DNA of 64,000 nt from Antedon mediterranea (Eukaryota; Animalia; Echinodermata): contig NC_092675.1 in the NCBI RefSeq assembly GCF_964355755.1, positions 26,942,912 through 27,006,911 on the forward strand. Direction: 5' to 3'. Below the pieces are notes generated by a model. The model had not been told where the DNA came from. It did not search any database and worked only from the letters and a program-made list of their open reading frames with translations. Made by a program: the position numbers and the translations under genes. Of this stretch, positions 1-12,651 are shown piece by piece. The stretch's first letter is position 1. Each line of letters starts with the position of its first letter.

Positions 1-1046
1 TCCTGCCGTACGTTATGTTACGTCCATTATTGAGGATAAACAGATTGAAGGAGGACATTTTTTTTTAATGTCAATCAAAAAGTGCAATGTTCATATAGGG
101 CTTCAAGCTCAAAGTAATTGTTACAAAAATCAAATGAATTACCTGCTCATAATAAAGTAAATTAACGAAACAAGATAATATAACGACGACGAACGAACGA
201 TACGTTTGCAAAACAATGATGAAAGTTGAAATATTGAAACACCGACTAAATTATGCATTGTAATCTCTGTAGTGTAACAATCTACTAGGATATGTGACTT
301 AATGTGTATGCACCATTATAATAATATGTTTTTTTATATGTTACAATTCTCTAGAATAATGCATAGTTTCAGCTAGTCGTTGTGATTCGATCCTTAGTGG
401 GCGTCTATGCGGAAATTGGAGAAATTAATGATGATTAGAAAGTATACAAAAATATGATTGTCCTGCATTATATATGCCTTATCATTCTTGCTGAATAATT
501 TGATACGTTTAAATTCGAATTAACATACTGTAAACTTCATGAAATTGTGCCAAGCGTGACATTTAAGGCGTAAATTTCATCACTGAAAGTGAAAAATTAA
601 AGAAAAATAGAACTCGGAATCAATTACCTACTACTACTGATTTTACTAGGTTAACATGCCGTTTTCTAGACCTAAGTAACACACCTCTATATTGAAGCTT
701 CTTATCTACTTCTTTTCACGTCAAAAACAACAAGTAAAGCTGAGGAGGTACAATTTACAACTATAAGTGACCGATTCTTTCGACTGAATTTACAATTTTC
801 TGTGATTGACTAATTTCGCGATATACAGCGTCTTCCGTGTGTCATGAAACAATATATAGGCCTCAATATTTGTGATTAGGTCCAGATAAATAATTATTTT
901 AGATAGAATGAGAGAATGCACATGAAACCTAGAATTAGTTAATGTTTAATTAGTTAAAATCACTATAAAAATATCTAATTTAACGATATAAATACAGTTT
1001 CAAATAGGACAATAGGCCTAACTGTTTTTTCCCACTGCTATTAAAG

Positions 1047-4000
1047 ATTGGGAGTTGGACATGACACGGAAAAGAATAACTGCTCAGAAGCGGCGGAAAC
1101 TGGCAGCATCATGGCGCCTCTTGTTATTTCAAACTATGATGTCCATTTTTGGTCAAATTGCACCAATAATCAGCTTGCTGATAATATGGAGTAAGTGACG
1201 CATGTGCTGTTTTAATGTATCCTGTATTTCCCACGCTTAAATCAGTTTATTAAAGAAGCATACAACATAGTCAAATTATTCTTTTTTATTCACGATTAGA
1301 CATTGTGTTTATTGTGACTTGTAGGCCTACTGTATACAATTTAAATTTTGTATTAAGCAATGTTATACCATTCGCTGATTTTTGCTTAAATTTCTTCAAA
1401 ATGTTATGTCTGCCTTTAGAATATAATTCGTCTATATTGGAATATTACAATTTAAACACAATTTTATTCAATAATAAAAGTGTGTTGATTTGTCAAAATT
1501 ATGATTATATTTGTAATAAATATGCAGCCTAACGGAAGTAGTTCTGGGGCTTACGTGTACATAATATATTATATAAATTTATAAAGCACTTTTCCAAAAA
1601 AAAAAAAGAAGACCAAAGCGCTGAACATTAATCAGAGCAGTAGCCTATAAAAAGACAAATAGACCATCTAAATTATTCCTTAGTATAGGGAAAAGAAAAC
1701 TCTTCAACAACTTTTAAAAACATTGTACACTTGGAGCTATACGCACATTAATAGGTAAATTATTCCATAACTTAGGTTCAATGACAGACAATTATTTATC
1801 ACCAAATACACAGTACTAACGTTTTATTCTATTTTACAGCAAGTATCCATGTTTAGTGGACGATCCATTTAAAGGAGACTTCTTTGAACCTGTGGAAAAC
1901 CCAGGCTCCCTGTATACGTTCGAAGATCAGTGTCGGTTTATACACGATGAAAGGTTTGGGGCGTGTCCATGGGCTATCCCATCGTACGGGGTACGTCACC
2001 GTTTTTATTTTTAAATACCAACATATATTCACATTATTTTAAGATTAGGATTAAACAGATATTGTAACCAATAGGTAAACGTACCTTAATACTTAATATT
2101 AAAATATAATTTGTTTATAAAGTCTTAAATCTTGTCTATCAAATGTTATGTGTCAAAATAATGTGACGTGCCCATATGGCAGTGCTATGCTTAAATATGT
2201 TAGTGATATGACATCATCATGTCCATATATGGATACATCACCTTTTTTTGACACCTAAAGTATGACAGTGTAGACAAGCCTTTAGATGTATGTGTATGTA
2301 CATTTCTGCCAAAAAATCTGAAGACTACTGAGGTACATTTTACTGTTAAATATATCCATTCAATTCAATTATGCATTGTTTTCCACACGCACAAGTGGAA
2401 AATGTGAATGTTGATTGTTCTACAATGCACTATTTAAAAAAGCAAATTATATAAAAAATGTTTACTTTTATCGGCCGATATTCAAGAAGAATATTTGTTT
2501 TTACTATATTGATGATGACAAAATGTGTATTTAATTTATATAAATTGCTACCATCTTTGTTTTATAATCCAATAGATTGATCCATGTTTTACCTTAATGT
2601 GCTCTGATCCCGAAAATGCAACACTTTGTGCGCATGACCATGCAAACTCACCAGCTTTGGACGGTACTTCATGCGCAGATGATGCGGTAAGCCGATAGTA
2701 ACATCGAATGAAAACGAAAATAACCATAGGCCTAGGGTCAAAGGTTATATACACATTAATCACACTGTGTCATGTTAGCCTATATTTAAATTACTGTTTA
2801 AGCATAAAGTAATTGAATGTGATTGAAACAACATTTTCTATTGACAACATGTTATTGTATGTATATGAATGGTTTATTCACAGTGGTGTCAAGGAGGTCA
2901 ATGTACATTTATGAATCAAATAAACGGAGGCTGGACAGATTGGAGCCCATGGACTCAATGTTCATATCCGTGTGGTGGCGGTGTTACAAGCAGAACTCGA
3001 GAATGTTCAAATCCAAGGTAGGTATTATTGCTAATGCATTTTAGTGAGTAACAACCGAATTCTTGTACTTACCATACCATGTTTTATGTTAGCATGTAGG
3101 CATATTCAAGTTCTAAAATCAAAGACTTCTCTTCGTTGACAAAAAGCGCAAGTATCTGTTGGTTATAAACGTAAATTGTACACCGATGGTTTTTTACTAA
3201 AGAGTCACCACACAAGCTACAACACACAATATTGAATTTTCAAATCGACCAATCAGTGAACGAGTTACAAAAGAACCTGTTAATTATGCAAATACACTGG
3301 TACCTACATATTTCTGTAGGATACAAACTAATAAAGCATGTTTTTGAGAGTCTGTTGTTTATGTTTAAGATGTTTGTTTACAATTCAGTAAATAGGCCTA
3401 CAATGAGTAAATATTTTCATCTCAGGCGTGTATGTAAAATAGGTTTATTAACTTATATAATCCATCTCTCCCCACAAATGCATACTTCCTGATTGGTCTC
3501 ATTTAATTTCATAAGCATATGTAGGCCTACCTTTAATTAACGAAGAAACTAAATGTTAATTGTGCTTAGATACACTTATTTTAATTGCTAAATTAACAAT
3601 ATGATATTAGCTTTGCTTGGTTTTGATTTGAAAATAGGTTAACCACGCAAGGATATTCCTAGTTTTCTTTCAACGTTTAATATCATTATTAATTATAAAA
3701 TGCAAACAAGACTAATATTCGAATTAAAGAAAGGCAATTCTATACAATAATACGTCTGGTCATTGAATAACTCTGTTGAAAGATTAATGGCGGGAATCTA
3801 ATCATCGTGTCTGTACATTGTATGTGTATACATGTATATACCTTATTTTAGTCATAACGATAACATTACACAGTAAGTATCAAAAGGTCATGTTAGCATC
3901 CCGTCTGCTGAATATTCAATTGGAAAAGTATTCCTAATTAACTTATTTCATTAACTGTTGTTATACGTGCATATCGTAAACAATACAATTTTGAGGGGAA

Positions 4001-7000
4001 AAAACCCCTAAATTATATATTTATCAAAACAATAATTTAAATTCAGTGTGATTTTGTCACGCAATTTGAATTATAATATTTGTCAAAATAAATCAGAGCT
4101 TATTTCGAAAAATATTTAAATAAAAATTGTTTCATAGATAGACTATAGACTTTATTAAACATTAGGATCATCGTAAAGTTCCTAAGTAGCCTCACAGTAG
4201 AAACGATACTATTGGAGAAGTTTAAATGTTTAAAGGAAATAGGTCATTTCCAATCTCCTTGTAGAATACCTGTTTAATTCTCAAAAGAACTGTCTAACAG
4301 ACTTTGAGTGCTACTGTATGTTAGGTTAGCAGGGGCAGTAGCCTGAATTTGCCCGCCGAGAGGTGAGAATAGAACAGACAGTGGGCGTGAATTTCTATGC
4401 AAGTTCACACCGTAGGAATTAAGCGTACGTAAGAAATACATGGCGCTTATCTTTTCCGTTAAAGAGGTTTTTTTTTTACAAGACGCTGAACTTTTAGTTA
4501 ACGTTTCAATTAGTGGTTGGAATATGTTAGTCATACATTTTACGGTAATTGTGAATATATGCAAATTACCGTAGGGAAAATGAAACTCTATGCTGTACTT
4601 GGAACATTATGTATAAAAAAAATGTGTATTCAACATATAAAAAAAATAAGGAATAATCTTCATTACATTACTGAATACGGTTTCTAATTTATTTATAGGC
4701 CTGAAAATGGAGGTAGATACTGTGAAGGCGAAATGGATGAATTCAAAGTTTGTAACAAAGAGGTAATCATTCACACGTAATTCTCTTACAGATTTTTAAA
4801 TTAATATATATTTTTAAACCTCCAATAGTCCACAGTTAGGCACATAAATGTAGTGTAACCAGGAAAGATTGCAATTCCGGCTATAACCAGCTATAGTTAA
4901 ACTACTCAAACTCAACATTCAATTAAGAATTATAATGTGTAGACTTTTGAGTCATACATAGATGTGATATTGCTGTCATGAGAGGACTACTAGGCCCGCT
5001 ATGATTATGGACCAACGACAAATAAGCGATCAGCACACCGGGAACTATCCCTTACATTTTCTAGTGTATCAAGTGCATCATGCACACGGGACCAACGGAT
5101 TTACGTCCTATCCGAAGGACGAGGCAAGGAGAGTAAAGAACCTTACTTAAGGATACAAGAAGTATATAGTTACAGTCAGGTCTCGGACCTATGCATAATC
5201 TCATTAAGCTCGTTCATACTGTAATGCTCGTTCATACTGTAATGCTCAACATTTTCGCGAATTTCGCAATTGAACATGTTTATGTTTACTGAATCAAAAC
5301 TGATGATGCTCAGTGTTGTACGTATCTATTGCTTTCATTTGGTAAAACATGGGTGCTCCACGTTTTAATGTTAGCCATTCTGCTCATCATAACTAGGTAT
5401 TGCTATATCTGAAATCAGTTTCAAAGTTTAGAGATCGATTCAGCAATTTATTTTTAGTAACATGATATCCACGTTTAAGCTGTATTTAAAATCTTAGCAG
5501 ACATAAAATGTATAAGATTATTTTTCGAACTTATAACAGATTAATAAGTAGACTACTAGTTAAAAATACTAAATGATAAATTATGATGTTTCCGTTGACG
5601 ACGTTGTCATGATTTTGACATTTCAGAAATGTAAAGGTAAAGCTGAAGATATGAGGGCGCTTTACTGTGAATCATATGGTAACGAAATTACTAAAGGGGA
5701 TTGGAAACCTCATCAACTTGAAGATGGTAGGCCTACAACTATTTATGTCTTTAGTAAATTGTAGATTGATTTCACGGTAGATACACTAAGTAATTTTTTT
5801 TTAAACACTGAAGCTAATTTGAGTATAAGCTGTTTCTCAGGTTAATCAAGGAAGAGTGAAATTTCCAATGACATCACTCTTTCTTGGTAAGAGTGAATGG
5901 TAAGACGACTGAATTATAGGCCCTATGTAACGTCATACTGTGTTTTACTATTCCCTGATAAAATAAATCGAATACTTCAAAGTTACAGTACTGTATATTT
6001 ATTGATCTGTAATTTTTTTTCTTTAAAATCACAGAAGATCGTCTATGTATGGTAACATGCGAAAACCGTGATACGAACGAAGTAAAAACTTTTGATTTCT
6101 TCATTAGTGATGGCGTATCATGTTCTTACGAAAACCCGTATGGAATTTGTGTACAGGGGTATTGTCGGGTATGAATTTCATATATTTAAAAAAAACTCTC
6201 CTGAGACATTATTTTCATAGATAGTAAAGTTTGTTATAAGAGTACGATTGTCAAATAGGCGAATCAAAAACGTCAGCTTATACGCATGCGTGGAGAGAGA
6301 TTTGAAAGATGGAAACATGAATACGCATGTGTATAAGCTGACGCTTTCGATTCGCTTAAACGCACGAGAAAACTTCACAGCACCTTTGTCACGTTTGCAA
6401 ACTCCGAGTTTACCACTGTTTGAAGAAGTTTGTAATGTTTTTCTAAAACACTGAGGTTACCGGAGGCTGTCACTTTGTCCAGTTACATGATCACACAATC
6501 ACACATTTTGTTATTTTGATTCGTTGAGACCTCAGCACATTAGCTTGCTAAGAAGGTGCACAGTCGAATCATCTGAAAACTGGTCTACATAAGCACACTT
6601 TGTGCACAGTATAAACGTCTGCAAACTTTGGAAAAGTTTGCTAAAAAGGTCTTTCAGTGCACACTATTCTTAATGCTTTAGTAATTAGTGAAACAACTTT
6701 ATTAGTAAAGCGTCCTAACAAAAATCCTACCTTAAACTCTGTTTAATTAGCTGTATCGTTACACTTTATTACTTATCTTATTTAATTGTTCACCTGGATC
6801 TAATAATTCGAATTGTTTTTAATCTAGACCATTGGGTGTGATAAAGAGTTTGACTCAAACATGATGGCGGACGATTGTGGTGTATGTGGAGGTGACAACT
6901 CCCAATGTCAGTATCCAGAAGAAACTTACATTGAAACATTAGATACGGGTAGGCAATTGGAATCAATTTCAGATTGCACTGTATCAAGATTCTCTTTCTG

Positions 7001-10000
7001 TCTTCTATACCGCATATCGTATCTGAGTTTAAGAAAGTCTACCCAGTTGGGCCATATCCTATGGATTCACTTATTCTTAATTTATCTGCGATCATATTGG
7101 TTTTCCTTTCAAATAAAGTCAACCATGATTGTACCGCGTCTAAATATCACTTATTGTAAACATATCTTTATTGTTCAAGTATATAGTTAGTTCGGTTATT
7201 GATTAGGAGAATATACAAAATGATTGCTACTTGTATTAAAGAGACGTTCTTTCTTAATGTTATTTTTCAGAAAGAAAACTAATAGCACGAGTTCCAGCCG
7301 AAGCTCATAACATTATCATCACCAGGCCATTCGATGAACTTTACGATATTGGTAAGTTTGGTTATGGCTTACATAATAAAAACACTACTTCGCTGTGATA
7401 ATAAAAGTATATAAGAATGCAACTCTATATATTATATTACAAATAGAACTTTGCCCCTAGTACACCATGCTTTGCACATTTTTGATTTTCAGGAAAATCG
7501 ATTATTTACTTATTTTTTACCTAATATTTAAATATGCTAAGATTAAAATAAAAATGTATATAAATTAAAAAATTATAAATGTGTTTATGAGTGCTAACAG
7601 AGGTCGTTTGAATTCAATATATGACATACCATGTGTGCCAAAAAACCTAGAAACTAGCTTAAAAATGATTATAAAATATAATAAATATTGTATTTATTTA
7701 GTTATAAGTGAAGCGAGAACTGGGAAGATAATACTGCAGACAAAAGGTATTGGTGAAGATACATCACAGGTTGTAGAAGCACACACACGATTTGTTATTA
7801 CAACAAACGAAGCTCAACAGCAGCAAATCACTGCAAATGGTCCAATGAATACAGATATAGAAGTATCAGTACGTTTAAGTGCAATTATTATATTCAAATA
7901 ATGAAATGAGAAAAACTAATTAAAAGAATAACATATAGGAATAATGTCGAATAAAGTTGCGCAACTAGAGAGCAGGAGGGTGAACTTTTACTTTCAACAA
8001 TATAATAGTTGTTTAATGGAGATTTGATCAACTCATTCCAATCTTCTGATTGTAACTGAAAATGATGCATTAACCTGTTTCTGTCGGCTCGGAGGATTTG
8101 ATAAAAGATGATGGTTATCGATTGAAATGTTTTTCTTTTAAATTCAATACGTTTGTTTCATATTTCTTTAGTTTGTTGTGCTTGAATGTATCCTGACGGT
8201 TTTAACTGTAAACCCAGTTTCCCTTTTACCCATATTTTATCGTATAGTAATTTTTTTTAAATTAATTTTTAGCTTACTCCAATCGACGTAAGGAAAAATC
8301 CCGGAGCTGACGTAACTTACAGTTATTCTGTTCATAAAGATTATCTAGTGAACTCTGTTATTGCTACGACAGAGGCACCTGAAACATACACATGGACTGG
8401 TATGGGATGGTCCAAGTGTAGCAAATCATGTGGTGGAGGTAGGTTGTTATTACTCATGAACACTTCTGAAGAATTTACAACAACATTAATCAGAATATTA
8501 AAACAGTATAATAGATGAATGTAAGCTACTGTAACATCGACACTATTTATTGTATATACTTTATCTCTATATCAAGGCCTAAGCATCTTCTCCTCTTAAA
8601 TACCAGCAGAGAAGTAGGACGTACTATAGAAAATTGGCCTAGCCAAATAATAGTCAGAAGCCTAACACAATCTTTTCTTACACAATCTTCGGTTCATAAT
8701 GCTGACTTCGTGCGTGCAGTAACTTACATACTTGATTTCAAAGAATATACCTTATGTACAAAAAACTTCGTATCAACATTTTTGATTTCATTATCATTTT
8801 GTGTTTTTAGGGTTTACATACTATCGGTATCAATGTATCCGAGATTCCGATAGAAAGAAAGTAGAAAAATCACACTGCAATCAAAAGAACTTTAATCAAA
8901 ACGACTACAGAGCATCGTGTAACTCGAGAAGGTGTCCTCTGCCAGAGTAAGTAGAGAGGGAAAACTTGGACGTGAACTGTTAATCTAGGCCTAATACTAC
9001 TCATAGTTGCTACTATAGATATTGCTAGTTATCTTTACGACTGTTTCTTATTATAAACATGAATGAAAAATCTGTCTGATGAGCTTCGAAATGTGTATGA
9101 AAGGTTGCACATCTGTTTGCAAACAAATTCGTTGAATTATACCTTATCTGAACTAGCCATGTAGCGTCTAAGTTTGCCGATTATATCTGTATTGATAGGT
9201 TTGATTGGACGATTGGTACATGGGGAGAATGTTCAAAAACATGTGGTTCGCATGGAATACAGCTGCGGAAAGTTACGTGTATGAAGTCGTTCATGGGTCG
9301 AACAACTAAAACTAAAAAGTCTCTGTGTCGAGGTAGAAGACCCGCCAAGAAACAGTCTTGCACAGGCCTTTCTAGATGTGCTGCAAAATGGGAAACAACA
9401 GAATGGTCTGATGTAAGTTCATTTTAATAATAAATAAATAATAATAATAAATGAAAACTTATATAGCGCCGGTATCCTCCACCCATGTGGCGCTCATGGC
9501 GCTTTGTGCATTAACAACGTGCGAGAACATCAGCGAATAGCGACGTCTTTAGGTTGGTCTTGAAACTGTTTAGACTAGTTGAGCATTTAACTGTTGCTGG
9601 TAAGCTGTTCCATACACTTGCGGCCGCAACGTAAAAAGATCTCTGACCCCATTGATTTTTCGCTCTACGCTCTTGAAGAAGGTTTTGTGACAATGATCGT
9701 AGGCCTCTGCGGGATGATTCGTAACGATCCACAAGGTCAGATAAATAAGCAGGAGCACTGTAATTTAGGATCTTAAATAAAAACAACGCAAGTTTGTACT
9801 TAATACGTTGTTGAACAGGCAACCAATGCAAATCCATCAGAACAGGAGTTATGTGAGCGTTTGATTTTACAGATTTTGTAAATAATGAGGTTTATTGGTG
9901 TAACAGTTATTTCATTTTGTGAATTAAATTAAATACTTTATAGATTAATACCGTATAATATGACTTCAATTTTAGTGTTCTGTTACGTGTGGCCGAGGAT

Positions 10001-10744
10001 CAAGAACCCGGGATGTCTACTGCAAACTTCCAGCAAAATATCCAAATTCGTATATTTGTCGAGAAAACAGACCACTACAATACCAAGAATGTTCACCAGG
10101 CGACTGCATGTCAAGTTAGTAGAGTATTTTATATTTATAAAGTTTCCGGCTTCTCTCGAGTAAAAAGTCATTCTGCACATGTTCATGTGTATGAGCATGC
10201 GTGTCGGAGCGTGTCTATTTTACCGTAGTGTTACCGATATATAAAACGATGAAAAACGATCTGGTTAGGTGGTGTACCACGAACTATTTTTTCAGATAAT
10301 CAACAAAATCCTATTTTAGTTTGATTTTCCGGTTTTGTATTATTTGTTGTTGTATAGTATATATGGAATATTTTTCCTGAAATAAAGTGATCTAATCAAA
10401 TACCCATGCGGAATAAGGTTATAGATTGGCGGTTTTTCCAAAAGCCCTTCAACCAGAATTTGCATGAGTAGGCATATGATCTGTAATGTGTAGATTTACC
10501 TTTAAATTACAAAATGATGAAACTGATAAACAGTATTCCATTTCTGTTTTTAGAAGAGGAAGAGGACGAAATGCGTAGGAAAGAAGCTATTCGCAAGCAA
10601 GGTTGTAAACCGTTGTCTCGCGGTCCTTGTGAGCCTTCGATGTACCAGACGTTCTGCACATTACCCGGATATGAACAGATATGTTGTACAACTTGTGATG
10701 CACAACGACGTCTGGTTCAAAATGAACTTGCAGGTCGGGGATAA
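1047..10744 (+). CDS. ADAMTS2/3/14-like (procollagen N-proteinase family) metalloprotease, 3' portion; 5' exons lie upstream of the window
   Basis: 15 GT-AG exons with consistent phases: 1047-1190, 1840-1990, 2576-2686, 2884-3017, 4699-4762, 5627-5726, 6035-6168, 6828-6948, 7271-7351, 7702-7868, 8273-8438, 8811-8946, 9199-9412, 9976-10114, 10554-10744 (TAA). Translation gives the end of the Zn motif and Met-turn (LGVGHD...GSIMAPLV...FWSNC), CLVDDPF, disintegrin-like (EDQCRF...ALDGTSC), TSP1 ([19 protein letters not shown]...[10 protein letters not shown]), Cys-rich (DGVSCSY...GCD...[12 protein letters not shown]), spacer, three further TSP1 repeats and a PLAC-like end ([15 protein letters not shown]). 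[12 protein letters not shown] and DGxxCSY are characteristic of the ADAMTS2/3/14 clade. Confidence 0.93.
2131..2278. mobile_element. small palindromic MITE-like element (family also at ~60590-60718 and ~63043-63161)
   Basis: Ends cttgtct.../...agacaag are inverted; the internal gtgatatgacatcatcatgtccatatatgg block recurs at ~60610 (reverse) and ~63083. Confidence 0.55.
4960..5190 (-). mobile_element. probable SINE remnant in ADAMTS intron
   Basis: Minus strand reads ...tccttaagtaaggttctttactctccttgcctcgtccttcggataggacgtaaatccgttggtcccgtgtgc..., resembling the post-tRNA core of invertebrate tRNA-SINEs as I recall it; family not confirmed. Confidence 0.35.
9422..9860 (-). mobile_element. 5'-truncated LINE (CR1/L2-group) 3' fragment in ADAMTS intron
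   Basis: ORF 9511-9837(-) [14 protein letters not shown]...APAYLSDL...[15 protein letters not shown]...FKTNLKT is the typical ORF2 C-terminus downstream of RT; followed by a short 3' UTR and a (TAA)n-type tail at 9422-9452. Confidence 0.85.
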
Positions 10745-11290
10745 AGGTAACAAAATGACTACAAAAACGAAACATTACACATCTGTATGTCTTAACATAG
10801 TAAAATAAAATTAAGAAAAGTACTTAAAGATGTACAATATCTCTTACTACAAGTCATTAATATTAAAAGCTTGAGCTAATGATTAATAATAATATTATTA
10901 TATAATTGTCAACATCATGTTATTTTTAAATTATTTATTTTTTTTTTTTGTATTTAGCATGGATGTTATTACCATTATTTGATTCCAGACTTGTTTATAA
11001 GTTGTAATAAAATAAAATTATATTATGTGCCTTTCTAAGATTAAAGAAATTTATTTGAAAATTAGTTTTGAAGATTTGTGGAATTCGAAATGAAAGGCCT
11101 TAAATTAAATTATTATAGGCCTACATATGGTAATATTACAAACATTGCCTGTTTTTATAATAATTTGTTATGAAATAAAAATTTTGTGTAAACAACTATG
11201 TATATATTATTCAACAATAAATTGTTAATCTAAATAAAATACTCTTTTTTTGTGACAAAAATGATTGCGTAACGCATTGAAAACGCGTCA

Positions 11291-12651
11291 TCATACCACT
11301 GCGACGCAAGTACGCGTCATCACTGGGCTTTCTACAAAAGATGATTGTTCGCCACGTTTGATTACGTATACTACTGCTTTTGCGGCAGGTACCAGTTTAG
11401 TAGAGCAGCCACACGCTAATCCACTTTCACAAACATTACTTGAACATGTCGACTCGTAAAATAATTGCTTCTTTACAAATCCATTACGAATAGATGGCTA
11501 TAAAACGAGAAATAAAAATAGATACGTTAAATAGGCCTACAACACAACATCCTTCATTTGCAAAACCTCTTGCTTGTGAGGCACAGATGATGTTTTTTGA
11601 GAAAAAAAAACTAACCTGTGCTATGTAAACGAGATCACCTCGTTTGTTATAGGAAAGAAATAACATCTTGTTATCGTCCCGATTTACTCTACACACGCTC
11701 GTGCCAGGTTGAGCTGTCGGCGTTATTTCACGACGTTTTCGTCGTAAAGGTTTGCCGCCAAAACTAAGAGATGGAAAAGATACAGTTTCTTCATATGCAA
11801 CTGAAACGGAACTTGACTGCCTGTATAATAAAAACATACTTTTGATGTAAACCTTATAGGAGGAATAATAATTTAGGTATAGGAAGCAGTCACCACGTCA
11901 ATTATAGAAATCTGTAGTTAAATTGGTCGTCAGCAATTAACGCTGTTTTGTTGTCTAAAGCTGTATAAGTCAGTCAATGGTTAGGCCTAAATACTGGATA
12001 GAAGCAGTTTTCAAATAGTGTAAATTTTATTTTCTTTAGCTTTTGCAGAGGTGGCATATTATTTAGAGAGGTTAAGTTTATACATAAGTCTTTGTTTTAT
12101 CTCGAAGTTATATTCAAGATTCTACAAAGACGGAAACAGAAAAAAAACCCCATTTTTGGACTTTCTAATTATGTTCCGACTGTATCCAAATTGGGCTCTA
12201 GTAGTGGGATCATATAATTAAGGCGATGTAATAGGCTCTGAATGATTTCTAAAACCTATTATTTGAAATCTCAGAATATGTTCTCCAAATCAAAATTTAA
12301 AGCAAAACAATAAAATAAGTAAAAATAGTTATTTTTTATACTAACGTACATTGTTGATTCTTGGCACGTTCCAACATCATAAGGATTTTCAAAGCTTCCA
12401 TTGAATCGATCAGCCAGTGCATTGAGCTGCGTATCTGTCAGGTGTATAGGTGGTTCCTGCATTTCAAATACACATTTTTCTCGTTGTTCACAAGGTAATA
12501 GTTCTAACACTTCAGCGATGTTCAACAGTTTCTGTCTTTGTGCGGGCGTTAATTCGACATTCCGTTGACTATCACAGGTTCTTTGACAATTGACAAGAAT
12601 GATATTAAACATTATCATTATAATTACAACGATTCTTGAAGATACGACCAT
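11291..12651 (-). CDS. secreted neurotrophin/Spaetzle-like cysteine-rich precursor, paralog A1 (237 aa)
   Basis: Exons 12651-12350, 11820-11616, 11497-11291 (phases 2,0; GT-AG). Signal peptide MVVSSRIVVIIMIMFNIILVNC, furin-type site RRKRR, mature domain TSVCRV...NKRGDLVYIAQ|PSIRNGFVKKQLFYESTCSSNVCESGLACGCSTKL...AKAVVY...MTRTCVAVV*. Confidence 0.88.

Noticed and set aside
1-1046. Search for the ADAMTS HExxH-containing exon
   Set aside because: No convincing exon found; presumably upstream of the window, so catalytic competence cannot be judged.
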